The notes under the pieces are model-generated. The model saw only the letters and a list, made by a program, of their open reading frames with translations, made no database searches and was not told the DNA's origin. From a bacterium (GTDB lineage: Bacteria; Patescibacteriota; Saccharimonadia; Saccharimonadales; Saccharimonadaceae), in NCBI GenBank assembly GCA_027451105.1, contig DAIDKB010000020.1, positions 61,395 through 125,394 on the forward strand: DNA of 64,000 nucleotides, read 5' to 3'. Of the stretch, positions 52,332 through 61,516 are shown in pieces. The position numbers were made by a program, and so were the translations under genes. Each line of letters starts with the position of its first letter. Positions within the stretch are counted from its first letter, which is position 1.

Positions 52332-55214
52332 TTAGGCTTTTTGGAGTGAGACCGTTAGGTTCTCACCTTCAACCTTAGTAGACTGTAGGTGATTGTATTC
52401 GGCCGCGTCTAGTACTGTTGCCAACGTCTCGCTACAGATTTCATTACGGTATTTGTCAATAGCCGACTGTAATTCAGCGCTGTCGGTGGTTAGGCTCAGT
52501 TTAATGCGATCATCGACGTTTAACCCAGCATCCTTACGGGCATTTTGAACGACACGCAGAACTTCACGCATCAAACCCTCGGCCTTTAACTCGGGCGTAA
52601 TGGCCTTATCTAGCACCACCAGCTCCAAGCCTTCGGCACCGGCGTATTCGATTGACTTAACATTCACCTCTTCGGCAATCATGTTTTCGTAATACGCATC
52701 AAGTTTTTGGCCAGTATAAGTCAGTTTTGAAAGCGGCTGACGAATCTTAACTTGCACCTCATCATCGCCCTTAAACATGCGTAGCGCCAAACCTTGTTCG
52801 ATAATCTTGCGTGCATCTGCCATGAAGGTCAGTGCCGCCTCGTCGATGGCATAGTTAGTTGGCCAATCCAGCAGATGGACTGACTCGTTGCCACCACCTA
52901 ATTTCTGGTAAAGCTCTTCAGCCAAAAACGGCGTAAATGGCGCCAACAGCACCGCCAGTTTCATTAAAACGTAATGCAGTGTGCGGTAAGCATCGTTTTT
53001 GTCGGCATCATCTTCACTCTTCCAGAAACGGCGACGCGACCGACGAACAAACCAGTTACTCGCATCATCAATGAACGGCAAAAACTCGGCCATTGTCTCG
53101 GGAATATTGTAGGCATCCATGTGTTCAGTGACGTGTTTGTTTAGCCCGTGAACGCGCGAAACAATCCACTTATCGAGCGGGTTTGTCAGGTCATCTGGAC
53201 TAAGCGTAAATGGTTTTTCTGGGTCAAATTCCCAACCATCAACCTCGGCATACATCGTAAAGAAGTCGTACATGTTCCAAATCATCGATAGTTTGCGAGC
53301 CACGTCGCCGACTTCTTTGTCTTGCAAGGCGAAATCTTCGCCATTAAGTAGCGGCGAGCTGAGTAGCAAAAAGCGCAAGCTGTCGGCACTAAACTTATCC
53401 ATCAACTCGTTTGGATCAGTGTAGTTGCCATAACTTTTACTCATCTTGCGACCGTCATTACCGGCGACGTTACCGGTGACAATAACGTTTTTAAAGCTGT
53501 TAGTACCAAATAAAGCGATACTCATGGCGTGCATATAGTAAAACCAGGCGCGGACTTGGCCAATGTATTCGACGATAAAGTCGCCTGGGAAATTTTGTTC
53601 GAATTTTTCGACGTTTTCAAATGGATAATGGAATTGCGCAAACGGCATCGAGCCAGCCTCAAACCAACTGTCCATAACCTTGTCAATGCGGGTGTACGTT
53701 TCGCCGTCAAGTTCAAACTTTACATCATCAATCCATGGACGGTGGTAATCCTCAAGCTCGACTCCAGATAATTCTTTCAATTCGGCGTAACTACCAATGA
53801 CTTTTACTTTGCCGCTTGGACTTTTCCAGACCGGCATAGCTGTTGCCCAAAAACGGTCACGTGAGATATTCCAATCTGGCGCCTGCTCGATATTTTTCTG
53901 GAAACGACCATATTTAACGTGGTCAGGAAACCAGTTGATTGGCTCGTTCTTTTCAATCATCAAATCACGCTGCGCATCGATATCGACAAACCAACTTGGG
54001 TGCGCGCGGTACATCAAACGCGTGCCGCAACGGTGACAGTGCGGGTAACTGTGGCGGATGTAATCGATTTTCCAAACGATTCCCTGCTCGTGTAGGCTTT
54101 TCGCAATCGGCTTGTTGGTCTCCCAAACGTTCAGATCCTTCCATTCACCTTCCGTATAAAAACCGTTTTGGTCAATGACATGAACAACTGGAATATCATG
54201 CTGCTTGGCTAACTCAAAGTCTTCCTCACCATAGGCTGGCGCGATATGAACGATACCGGTACCGTCTTCGTTCGAGACGTATTCGGCCGCCCAAACTTTA
54301 TGAGCATTTTCACCGCGATTAACGCCAAGTAGCGGCTGGTATGATTTACCGACTAGTTCCGCGCCTTTTAGCTTGCGAACAACTTCATAGTGCAATGGCT
54401 GGTGCTTTTCGTCAGTCAAAACTTTAGCGGCTAGCTCTTCTGCTAAAATAAATTGTTCACCGTCAAGTTTAACTTCAACATAATCAAGTTCCGGATTGAT
54501 TGCCAGGGCCGTATTGGCCGGCAAAGTCCAGGGCGTAGTCGTCCAAGCTAGCAGCGTCGAACCATCATCTAACTTAAATTTCACATAAACGCTTGGGTCA
54601 GTGACATCTTGGTAAGCGCCCGAGTCCATTGTAACTTCAGCTTTTGAAAGTGGCGTACCGTCCAGCGTACAGTACATCAGTACCTTTTCGCCTTCATAGA
54701 TTTTGCCCTTTTCGTACAAAGTTTTAAAGGCCCACCAAATTGATTCCATGTAATTTTTATCCATGGTTTTGTAGGCGCCCTTAAAATCAACCCAACGACC
54801 AATCCTATCAATCACATCTTCCCAGGCGCTAGACGTTTCTAGCATATTTTCGCGCGTGGCATTGATATATTTTTCTAGGCCATATTCGAGAACCTCTTTG
54901 CGACTGTTAATGCCAAGTTTTTTCTCGGTGTAGCGTTCAGCTGGCAAACCGTGAGCATCCCAACCCCAAACGCGCTCGACATGCTTGCCCTTCATCGTCT
55001 GATAGCGCGGCACAGCGTCTTTTACAATCGAGCTAAGCAGCGTGCCGTGATGTGGTACACCCGAAATGAATGGCGGGCCATCATAAAAGACATACGAATT
55101 ATCAACCGGTCGCATCTCGACTGATTTTTCAAACGTCCGATTTTTCTTCCACTGCTTAACTAAATCTTTTTCATAGTCGATGGCGCGGCGACGGTTACCT
55201 GATGTAAATTTCAT
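52332..55214 (-). CDS. ileS: Isoleucine--tRNA ligase (type 2-like)
   Basis: 960 aa with YDGPPFISGVPHHGT (HIGH region), GWDAHGLPAE and KMSKSYGN. Confidence 0.9.
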   Translation of the reverse strand: MKFTSGNRRRAIDYEKDLVKQWKKNRTFEKSVEMRPVDNSYVFYDGPPFISGVPHHGTLLSSIVKDAVPRYQTMKGKHVERVWGWDAHGLPAERYTEKKLGINSRKEVLEYGLEKYINATRENMLETSSAWEDVIDRIGRWVDFKGAYKTMDKNYMESIWWAFKTLYEKGKIYEGEKVLMYCTLDGTPLSKAEVTMDSGAYQDVTDPSVYVKFKLDDGSTLLAWTTTPWTLPANTALAINPELDYVEVKLDGEQFILAEELAAKVLTDEKHQPLHYEVVRKLKGAELVGKSYQPLLGVNRGENAHKVWAAEYVSNEDGTGIVHIAPAYGEEDFELAKQHDIPVVHVIDQNGFYTEGEWKDLNVWETNKPIAKSLHEQGIVWKIDYIRHSYPHCHRCGTRLMYRAHPSWFVDIDAQRDLMIEKNEPINWFPDHVKYGRFQKNIEQAPDWNISRDRFWATAMPVWKSPSGKVKVIGSYAELKELSGVELEDYHRPWIDDVKFELDGETYTRIDKVMDSWFEAGSMPFAQFHYPFENVEKFEQNFPGDFIVEYIGQVRAWFYYMHAMSIALFGTNSFKNVIVTGNVAGNDGRKMSKSYGNYTDPNELMDKFSADSLRFLLLSSPLLNGEDFALQDKEVGDVARKLSMIWNMYDFFTMYAEVDGWEFDPEKPFTLSPDDLTNPLDKWIVSRVHGLNKHVTEHMDAYNIPETMAEFLPFIDDASNWFVRRSRRRFWKSEDDADKNDAYRTLHYVLMKLAVLLAPFTPFLAEELYQKLGGGNESVHLLDWPTNYAIDEAALTFMADARKIIEQGLALRMFKGDDEVQVKIRQPLSKLTYTGQKLDAYYENMIAEEVNVKSIEYAGAEGLELVVLDKAITPELKAEGLMREVLRVVQNARKDAGLNVDDRIKLSLTTDSAELQSAIDKYRNEICSETLATVLDAAEYNHLQSTKVEGENLTVSLQKA

Positions 55215-55445
55215 AAGTCTCTTGTTTCCTTTCTTGAAAAAACAAAAATCCCTTTTTAGTCACTGGAATCCGATTGCTCGGACGGTACCATCCAGTTTCT
55301 AAAAAGAGATTCTTTTTAGCGCTTAGTTGCTCGATCTGACGCGTCGATTAACGTTTGGGTCTAATTTCGATAACGATTTCTTCCAAAAACATTCGCGGTT
55401 GATGGCCGCTCATCCGCCATGTGGGCGAAGTGCTACCCTATTAGT
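55215..55445 (-). promoter_or_regulatory. T-box riboswitch leader of ileS
   Basis: The minus strand (55296 to 55262) reads ACUGGA-UGGUACC-GUCCGA-GCAA-UCGGAU-UCCAGU. This gives helix A1, the 7-nt UGGNACC bulge, and helix A2 with a GNRA loop, i.e. a canonical antiterminator. Stem III (CUAAAAAG/CUUUUUAG, 55299-55319) lies directly 5' of it. A candidate AUC-A specifier lies at 55403-55400. Confidence 0.75.
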
Positions 55446-55483
55446 TTACGCTATACTTTAGTTATCTGTAAAGCCGAATCTGT

Positions 55484-55744
55484 TTATTGGACGTAAAAAC
55501 TAACTTCGCTAATCGTTGGCAGCGGTGTGCCAACCCAAGTATTTTGCATCGTACTGTCATCGGCAATCGCAATAACAGTTGGGTACTCGACGATATCATA
55601 TGCCCGACAAAATTGCTCGCCATCAGGGTCTTCAGGATTAAGCGTTTCTAAAACGTGACCGGTTTGATGCTCAAAGTCACGCAAATAATCAATCACTTCA
55701 CGGGCGTGATCGCTGTCATTTTTATAAACTATCACCACCTTCAT
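55484..55744 (-). CDS. Small thioredoxin-fold-like hypothetical protein (no CxxC)
   Basis: 86 aa; the beta-alpha-beta start MKVVIVYKNDSDHAREV is only a weak fold guess. Confidence 0.4.
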   Translation of the reverse strand: MKVVIVYKNDSDHAREVIDYLRDFEHQTGHVLETLNPEDPDGEQFCRAYDIVEYPTVIAIADDSTMQNTWVGTPLPTISEVSFYVQ

Positions 55745-55749
55745 CAGCT

Positions 55750-56205
55750 TTACTCTCCCGTCTTGAGCTGTCGTTGATGTTCAAGAATTTTTACGAAATC
55801 ATCGAGAGTCTTAAATTCATAGTAGACACTGGCAAAACGGACATAAGCAACCTCATTGCGACTACCTAATTCGTCCAACACCTTGTCGCCGATTTGCTTT
55901 GAGGTAATTTCGCTATCACCTAGGGCATAAAGGCCATCTTCGATATCGTTAATCATCTCTTCAATCTCAACTTCTGATGAAAAGAATTTTCCGACCGAAC
56001 GCTTAATAGCGATAGCTAGCTTGTCGCGGTCGAATAACTCGCGTTTGCCGTCTTTCTTGATGACAGCTAGGTTTGGTTTTTCAATTCGCTCGTAAGTCGT
56101 AAAGCGTTTACCGTCAGGTGATTCGCGGCGACGACGAATCGTCACGCCATCGCTGACCTCGCGTGATTCGATTACTCGACTGTCGCCAATGTTATATTTG
56201 GCCAT
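55750..56205 (-). CDS. nrdR: NrdR-family regulator with an ATP-cone but lacking all zinc-ribbon cysteines
   Basis: 151 aa. VIESR...IRRRRES..GKRFTTYE aligns with NrdR VIDSR...RRRRQCLVCNERFTTFE. The ATP-cone VIKKDGKRELFDRDKL and the C-terminal VAYVRFASVY are conserved. The protein contains no Cys at all. Confidence 0.75.
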   Translation of the reverse strand: MAKYNIGDSRVIESREVSDGVTIRRRRESPDGKRFTTYERIEKPNLAVIKKDGKRELFDRDKLAIAIKRSVGKFFSSEVEIEEMINDIEDGLYALGDSEITSKQIGDKVLDELGSRNEVAYVRFASVYYEFKTLDDFVKILEHQRQLKTGE

Positions 56206-56207
56206 AA

Positions 56208-57413
56208 TTAATCTTCCTTGTTGTGCTTGCGGCGACGGCGCAAGAAGGCTGGCGTGTCAGACTCTTCCTCGACATCATTTGGCTGATTCCAAATATCGTG
56301 ATTATTGTCTTCAGCAAAGGCCTCGGTTGCATCTTTACTATCAAGATTCAAGTCAATGGCGTTAACGGCATCCTCCGACAAATTCATCGGAGCAGTGTCT
56401 GCTGCCGGTGTGTTTGAAGCGGCTTCTTTATGGAAGTAAGCTGAATCAAAACCAGTTGCAATCACCGTAATAATCAACTCGTCTTCGAGGTCAGGTTTCA
56501 AAGTAGCACCGAAGATAATGTTGGCATCAGGTGCAACCGCACTGGTGATAATCTCGGCAGCTTCTTGGATTTCACTCATACTCATGTCGTAACCACCGGT
56601 TACATTGAATAGGACGCCCTTGGCACCATCAATTGAAACTTCAATTAGCGGTGATTCAATGGCTTGTTGGGCGGCCTGGGCGGCACGATTGTCACCGCTA
56701 GCCCGTCCAATACCCATAAGGGCTGAACCGGCATTACTCATAATCGCCTTAACGTCAGCAAAGTCGAGGTTAATCAAACCGTGCTCGGTAATTAGCTCCG
56801 AAATTCCCTGCACACCTTGACGCAAAACATCATCGGCAATCTTAAAGGTCTCAAGCAGCGGCGTGCGACGATCAATCGTCTGAAGTAAACGGTCGTTTGG
56901 AATCGTAATCAGTGTATCAACCTGGCGACCAAGTTGAGTAATTGCCCACTCGGCATTCTGGCGCCGTTTTTCGCCCTCAAAGCTAAATGGCTTAGTAGCA
57001 ACGCCAACGACAAGGATACCAAGTTCACGAGCAACCTCGGCAACAATGTGACCAGCACCACTGCCGGTACCACCACCAGCACCAATAGTTACAAATATCA
57101 TGTCGGCACCAGTAATAGCATCACGAATTTCGTCACGTGATTCATTAGCGGCAGCCTCACCGGTTGATGGATCAGCGCCAGCCCCAAGACCACCAGTTAC
57201 GGTGTGACCAAGGTGAATTTTGACGTCTGCTTTTGAGTTGTGAAGAGCTTGGGCATCGGTATTCATAGCAATAAACTGGACACCAGACAGACCAGCTTCT
57301 TTCATTCTGTTGACGGCTGAGCCACCGGCTCCACCGACTCCGACTACTTTAATTGTGGCGAATGTCTGTATATCGCTTGGTTTTACTTCAGGCATGTATC
57401 TATTATCTCCCAA
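56208..57413 (-). CDS. ftsZ: Cell division protein FtsZ
   Basis: 401 aa with GVGGAGGSAVNRM and the GGGTGSGA tubulin signature. Confidence 0.95.
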   Translation of the reverse strand: MGDNRYMPEVKPSDIQTFATIKVVGVGGAGGSAVNRMKEAGLSGVQFIAMNTDAQALHNSKADVKIHLGHTVTGGLGAGADPSTGEAAANESRDEIRDAITGADMIFVTIGAGGGTGSGAGHIVAEVARELGILVVGVATKPFSFEGEKRRQNAEWAITQLGRQVDTLITIPNDRLLQTIDRRTPLLETFKIADDVLRQGVQGISELITEHGLINLDFADVKAIMSNAGSALMGIGRASGDNRAAQAAQQAIESPLIEVSIDGAKGVLFNVTGGYDMSMSEIQEAAEIITSAVAPDANIIFGATLKPDLEDELIITVIATGFDSAYFHKEAASNTPAADTAPMNLSEDAVNAIDLNLDSKDATEAFAEDNNHDIWNQPNDVEEESDTPAFLRRRRKHNKED

Positions 57414-57458
57414 TCTTCGTATTCATAAGCTAGTATAACACTTGGTTTAAGAAAAATA

Positions 57459-58691
57459 CTATGCCTTAAACCTGTCAAGGAATTTGCTCACAAAACCACC
57501 AGCACCGGCAAGCGAACTGGCTGGCTTCTTTTTTGGACCACTCGGCAGGTGTGCTGAGTCAACATCAATTAGCATCAAACCAACAGCTGTCGCAAATTGC
57601 GGACCGGTAATATCATCGGCTACGCCACCGTAACCAGACGTCTTACCAACGCGAGCTGCTAGTCCAAGTGACTTTTTAGCATATTCAGCAATATCCTTTA
57701 GCTGAGCCGTACCCCCAGTTAAAACGACACCGCCCGGTAATTTACCAGCCCGGCCGGCTTTTTTCAGTTCAGCTTGAATCGCTTCAAAAATCTCTTCCAA
57801 ACGCGCTTCAACAATCTCGTCGATATCGTTAGTTTCAAAAGTATAAATTTCGTCGTCTTGTTTTAGACTAATACCAGAGTTTTCTTTGCGAGTTAGCGCC
57901 GAGGCGTGCTCAATTTTAACCTTTTCGGCGATCTCGGGATCAGTTTTTAGGCCAATTGCCAGGTCGTTAGTGATATTGATACCACCAAATGGCAAAACGG
58001 CTGAATATTGTAAATCGCCCTCTTCATAAATTGCCAGGTTGGTTGTAGCGCCACCAATATCAATCAAAGCAACGCCATTTTCGAGTTGCTGCTCGCTTAA
58101 AACTGCCCGAGCGGCCGCAATACCAGCCACAACAATACTGTGCGGTGTAACTTTCGCTGCTTCAGCTGACTTTTGCAGATTTGTTAGGTGTGGCACCAAT
58201 GCCGATACAACATGAGCATCAACCTCCAGGCGCGTGCCGGTCATACCAAGTGGATCCTTAATGTTATCTTGTCCGTCTAGTTTGTAGGCATGCGGTACGA
58301 CGTCCAAAATCTCACGATTTGCCGGCACTTTACCGATTGTCGCCACCTCTTCGATGCGGCTTAAGTCTTCATAATTAATTGCATGGTCAGATCCGCCTAC
58401 AGCAATCATACCGTCAGCATGGGTACTTAAAATGTGGGTGCCATTAATACTTAGGGTCGCTTCATTAACTTGATAGCCACTCATGCGCTCGGCTTCACCA
58501 AGAGCATCGTCAATTGCTTGCGCGGGCCCACTTAAATTAACAACCGTACCCTTACGCATACCCGTATTAGGTGCGCTTCCGACACCCACAATCGTTGGCG
58601 TGCCACTTGTTCCGTCAATGTGTGCTACTAGGCATCGAACAGTCGTCGTTCCGACATCAATACCAACAGCGTATCGAGAGTTTTCTTGCAT
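57459..58691 (-). CDS. ftsA: Cell division protein FtsA
   Basis: Actin-like ATPase with GIDVGTTTV. The start is set to MQENSRY at 58691 because a TATACT -10 (58703-58698) lies 6 nt upstream. Confidence 0.85.
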   Translation of the reverse strand: MQENSRYAVGIDVGTTTVRCLVAHIDGTSGTPTIVGVGSAPNTGMRKGTVVNLSGPAQAIDDALGEAERMSGYQVNEATLSINGTHILSTHADGMIAVGGSDHAINYEDLSRIEEVATIGKVPANREILDVVPHAYKLDGQDNIKDPLGMTGTRLEVDAHVVSALVPHLTNLQKSAEAAKVTPHSIVVAGIAAARAVLSEQQLENGVALIDIGGATTNLAIYEEGDLQYSAVLPFGGINITNDLAIGLKTDPEIAEKVKIEHASALTRKENSGISLKQDDEIYTFETNDIDEIVEARLEEIFEAIQAELKKAGRAGKLPGGVVLTGGTAQLKDIAEYAKKSLGLAARVGKTSGYGGVADDITGPQFATAVGLMLIDVDSAHLPSGPKKKPASSLAGAGGFVSKFLDRFKA

Positions 58692-58793
58692 GGTATTAGT
58701 ATATAGCTTATGCCAATCATTGCAAAGCATACATCAAAAAACGGCCCCATATTGTACATGAGACCGCTCTGTATACCTTAGACAAAAGCGTTA

Positions 58794-59441
58794 TTATTTG
58801 TCTTCAACAATTTCAACACCGGCTCGATGCGCTTCATTCTTAGCGAATGTACGTAGTGCACCGCTAAAGTTTTCGAGCACAGTGTCGGCAACTTTTCGTA
58901 TAGTCTCCCCGCTCGGAAGAGCTTGTTCATATTTCTCAAGCGCTCGCAGTTCCTTCAAAACCGGCTGTACGTCGTCATTGGGGTTTGCGCGGCCAAAGAT
59001 CTTTGGTTTAACCGCCCGACGTCTAGCCAGTTCTGCGCGTAATTCCTCGCGGCGTTCCTTGATAGCTAAATGAGTGAACTCATCACGCCTAACTCGACTA
59101 TTAAGATCATCTAGGTCGGTGTTATATTGCGTATCAACGCCAGGCTTAATATGGTGCATCGCAAGCTCGACATCGTCCATCAGTTTAGTCTCACCGTTTT
59201 GGTACATATTTCTAAAAGAGTTGAAACTTGGACCCTCCAAGCCGCCAATGTGAGTCAAGCGATTCTGTGGATATCTTTCTGAAGGATCAGCCGTATCGCT
59301 CGGTCGATCGATAGACAGCTTTTCATCAACCATGTCCTCGACAGAAAGAACGCGGATACCATAATTATCCCTGTCATTTCCCTTTATTTCTCGAAAAGTT
59401 GGCGTGTCGCTTGACGTAATTGGCATTTCTTTATTTCGCAT
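58794..59441 (-). CDS. Hypothetical protein
   Basis: 215 aa, charged and helical at the C-terminus, with no recognised motif. Confidence 0.45.
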   Translation of the reverse strand: MRNKEMPITSSDTPTFREIKGNDRDNYGIRVLSVEDMVDEKLSIDRPSDTADPSERYPQNRLTHIGGLEGPSFNSFRNMYQNGETKLMDDVELAMHHIKPGVDTQYNTDLDDLNSRVRRDEFTHLAIKERREELRAELARRRAVKPKIFGRANPNDDVQPVLKELRALEKYEQALPSGETIRKVADTVLENFSGALRTFAKNEAHRAGVEIVEDK

Positions 59442-59491
59442 ACATATATACTAATACACTTTTAGTAAATTGTCAAGTAACCATTAGCTCT

Positions 59492-60247
59492 TTATAGCAT
59501 CGTCAAGATTTCGACACCGTCTTCCGTAACCAGCACGGTATGCTCGAAGTGAGCAGACAAACTACCATCCCTAGTCCGAATCGTCCAGCCATCACTATCG
59601 GTCTTGATTCTCTCACCGCCTAATGTCGCCATCGGCTCAATCGCAATCGTATCCCCTGGCACCAACAAGACGCCACTGCCTTTTCGTCCCCAGTTAGGAA
59701 CTTCAGGATCCTGATGCATCTCGTGACCAACGCCGTGTCCAACAAGGTCGCGAATAATACCAAGTTTTGCGCCCTTTAAAACTTCCTCAACCGCATAACC
59801 GATGTCACCCGTATACGTCGGGCCTTTAATTGCATCGATCCCAGCAAACAAACTACGTTCAGTGAAGTTAATCAGGTGTTTTTTGGCGCCAGTTGGCTCC
59901 TCACCAACCACCATCGTAAAGGCGCTGTCGGTCTTCATGCCCTTATATGTAATAACTAAATCAAAGCTCACAATGTCACCTTTTTCAAACTGATAATCAG
60001 TTGGCACACCATGCACGATCGCATCATTGACTGATATACAAATCGCATTCGGAAACTCAACTTCTGGCGTTTTATAGGTTGCCACAGCACCTAAGCGCTT
60101 GATTTCTTTATCAACCCAAGCATCAGCCTCAAGCTCGCTCATACCAACCACAACGTGTTTTTTAAGACCAGCAAAAATAGTAGCTAGGATTTTGCCACCT
60201 TCGCGCATCGCCTCAATTTCAGCTGGAGTTTTTAGGCGAGCTTGCAT
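59492..60247 (-). CDS. map: Methionine aminopeptidase type I
   Basis: 251 aa with metal ligands in DLVITYKGMKTD, GHGVGHEMH, EPM and EHTV. Confidence 0.9.
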   Translation of the reverse strand: MQARLKTPAEIEAMREGGKILATIFAGLKKHVVVGMSELEADAWVDKEIKRLGAVATYKTPEVEFPNAICISVNDAIVHGVPTDYQFEKGDIVSFDLVITYKGMKTDSAFTMVVGEEPTGAKKHLINFTERSLFAGIDAIKGPTYTGDIGYAVEEVLKGAKLGIIRDLVGHGVGHEMHQDPEVPNWGRKGSGVLLVPGDTIAIEPMATLGGERIKTDSDGWTIRTRDGSLSAHFEHTVLVTEDGVEILTML

Positions 60248-60777
60248 TTTACCAGCTCCTCCATAATTCGATCGTGAACTTGACCAACCGAGCCAGTACC
60301 ATCAACGCGAACAATTTTTACACCTTGTGAGGCAAAATAGTCCAAAATCGGCTCAATCTCGTGGCGATAAATTTCCAGTCGCTCATCAATCGCCTCCAGG
60401 GTATCATCAACCCGGCCGCGCACTTCAAGCCGCTTCATCAATTCTTTTTTAGGCACTTCTAAAACAACGCCAAGCTCGATTGAGTCATTATGCTGAGCTT
60501 CATTTTCTAGCAACCATTTGGCCTGTTCTAGAGCCCTTGGAAAACCGTCAAGAATCACTTGACGGACATTAGTAGCTCGGGATATCGCCTCACTCATAAT
60601 CTTATTAACCCTATTGTGCTCGACCAAACGACCAGTCTGCATAGCTGCAATTAATTCAGGGTCGCGAGTATCGCGCAGTAACTGCCCAGCACTTAGCCAG
60701 CGCCAGCCATTGCGAGCGGCCAACATTTGTCCCTGCATACTCTTACCGGATCCAGCCGGACCAAAGATGATAATCAT
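60232..60777 (-). CDS. adk: Adenylate kinase (short-lid form)
   Basis: 181 aa with the P-loop GPAGSGKSMQ, DGFPR and no zinc-lid cysteines. Confidence 0.85.
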   Translation of the reverse strand: MIIIFGPAGSGKSMQGQMLAARNGWRWLSAGQLLRDTRDPELIAAMQTGRLVEHNRVNKIMSEAISRATNVRQVILDGFPRALEQAKWLLENEAQHNDSIELGVVLEVPKKELMKRLEVRGRVDDTLEAIDERLEIYRHEIEPILDYFASQGVKIVRVDGTGSVGQVHDRIMEELVKCKLA

Positions 60778-60798
60778 AGCAAATGCTCCTTTTTGTTT

Positions 60799-61251
60799 TT
60801 ATTGTAACGCTTTTTTCACCAGTTGAGCGATTTGTGCGCCATCGGCACTATTGCCAAGCTGTTTTTTAACAGCGCCAATCACCTGACCCATCGCGCTTGG
60901 ACCACTGACACCAAGACCGTCGATAGTTTTTGCAATAGTAGCCAAAATCTCTGCTTCTGAAAGCTGAGTCGGCAAGTACTCAACTAAGACCGCCGCCTCG
61001 GCACGTTCGTTTTCGGAAAGTTCCGGTCGATTAGCACCATCATAAATAGTCGCGCTCTCGTTACGTTTTTTAATTTCGCGCGCCACAATCTGCTCGATAG
61101 CAGAATCGTCAAGTCCCTCATCGCGCTTATTTTGAGCGACTTCTTCATTTAAAATGACCGACTTCAGATTCCGAAGAACCTCTCCCTTAAAACGATTACC
61201 GCCTAGCAAGGCGGTTTTTAAATCGTTATTAATGCGCTCCTTTAGGGACAC
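60799..61251 (-). CDS. GatB/YqeY domain protein
   Basis: 150 aa. The N-terminus LKERINNDLKTALLGG is typical, and it sits downstream of rpsU as in Bacillus. Confidence 0.8.
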   Translation of the reverse strand: MSLKERINNDLKTALLGGNRFKGEVLRNLKSVILNEEVAQNKRDEGLDDSAIEQIVAREIKKRNESATIYDGANRPELSENERAEAAVLVEYLPTQLSEAEILATIAKTIDGLGVSGPSAMGQVIGAVKKQLGNSADGAQIAQLVKKALQ

Positions 61252-61252
61252 T

Positions 61253-61468
61253 TTATCGAAGTCCTAAACGTGCTTTATCTAGCTTGTCTGCCTTACGAGC
61301 CTTGCGAATAATCGCTTTGGCACGACGCTCAGTTTTGCTGATTGGTTTCTCAAATCGCATAGCAGCCTTAGCCTCAGCTAAAACACCGCTCTGCAAAACT
61401 TTACGGTTAAAACGACGAATAATATTCTCGTTTGCTTCTCGTTCATCTTTACGTGTTACTTGTACCAT
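61253..61468 (-). CDS. rpsU: 30S ribosomal protein S21
   Basis: 71 aa, basic, with IRRFNRKVLQSGVL...RFEKPS..RR. Confidence 0.85.
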   Translation of the reverse strand: MVQVTRKDEREANENIIRRFNRKVLQSGVLAEAKAAMRFEKPISKTERRAKAIIRKARKADKLDKARLGLR

Positions 61469-61516
61469 ATGGGTGTATTGTAACAGATAAGAGTTTTTAG
61501 TGCAACAAAGTGAAAA

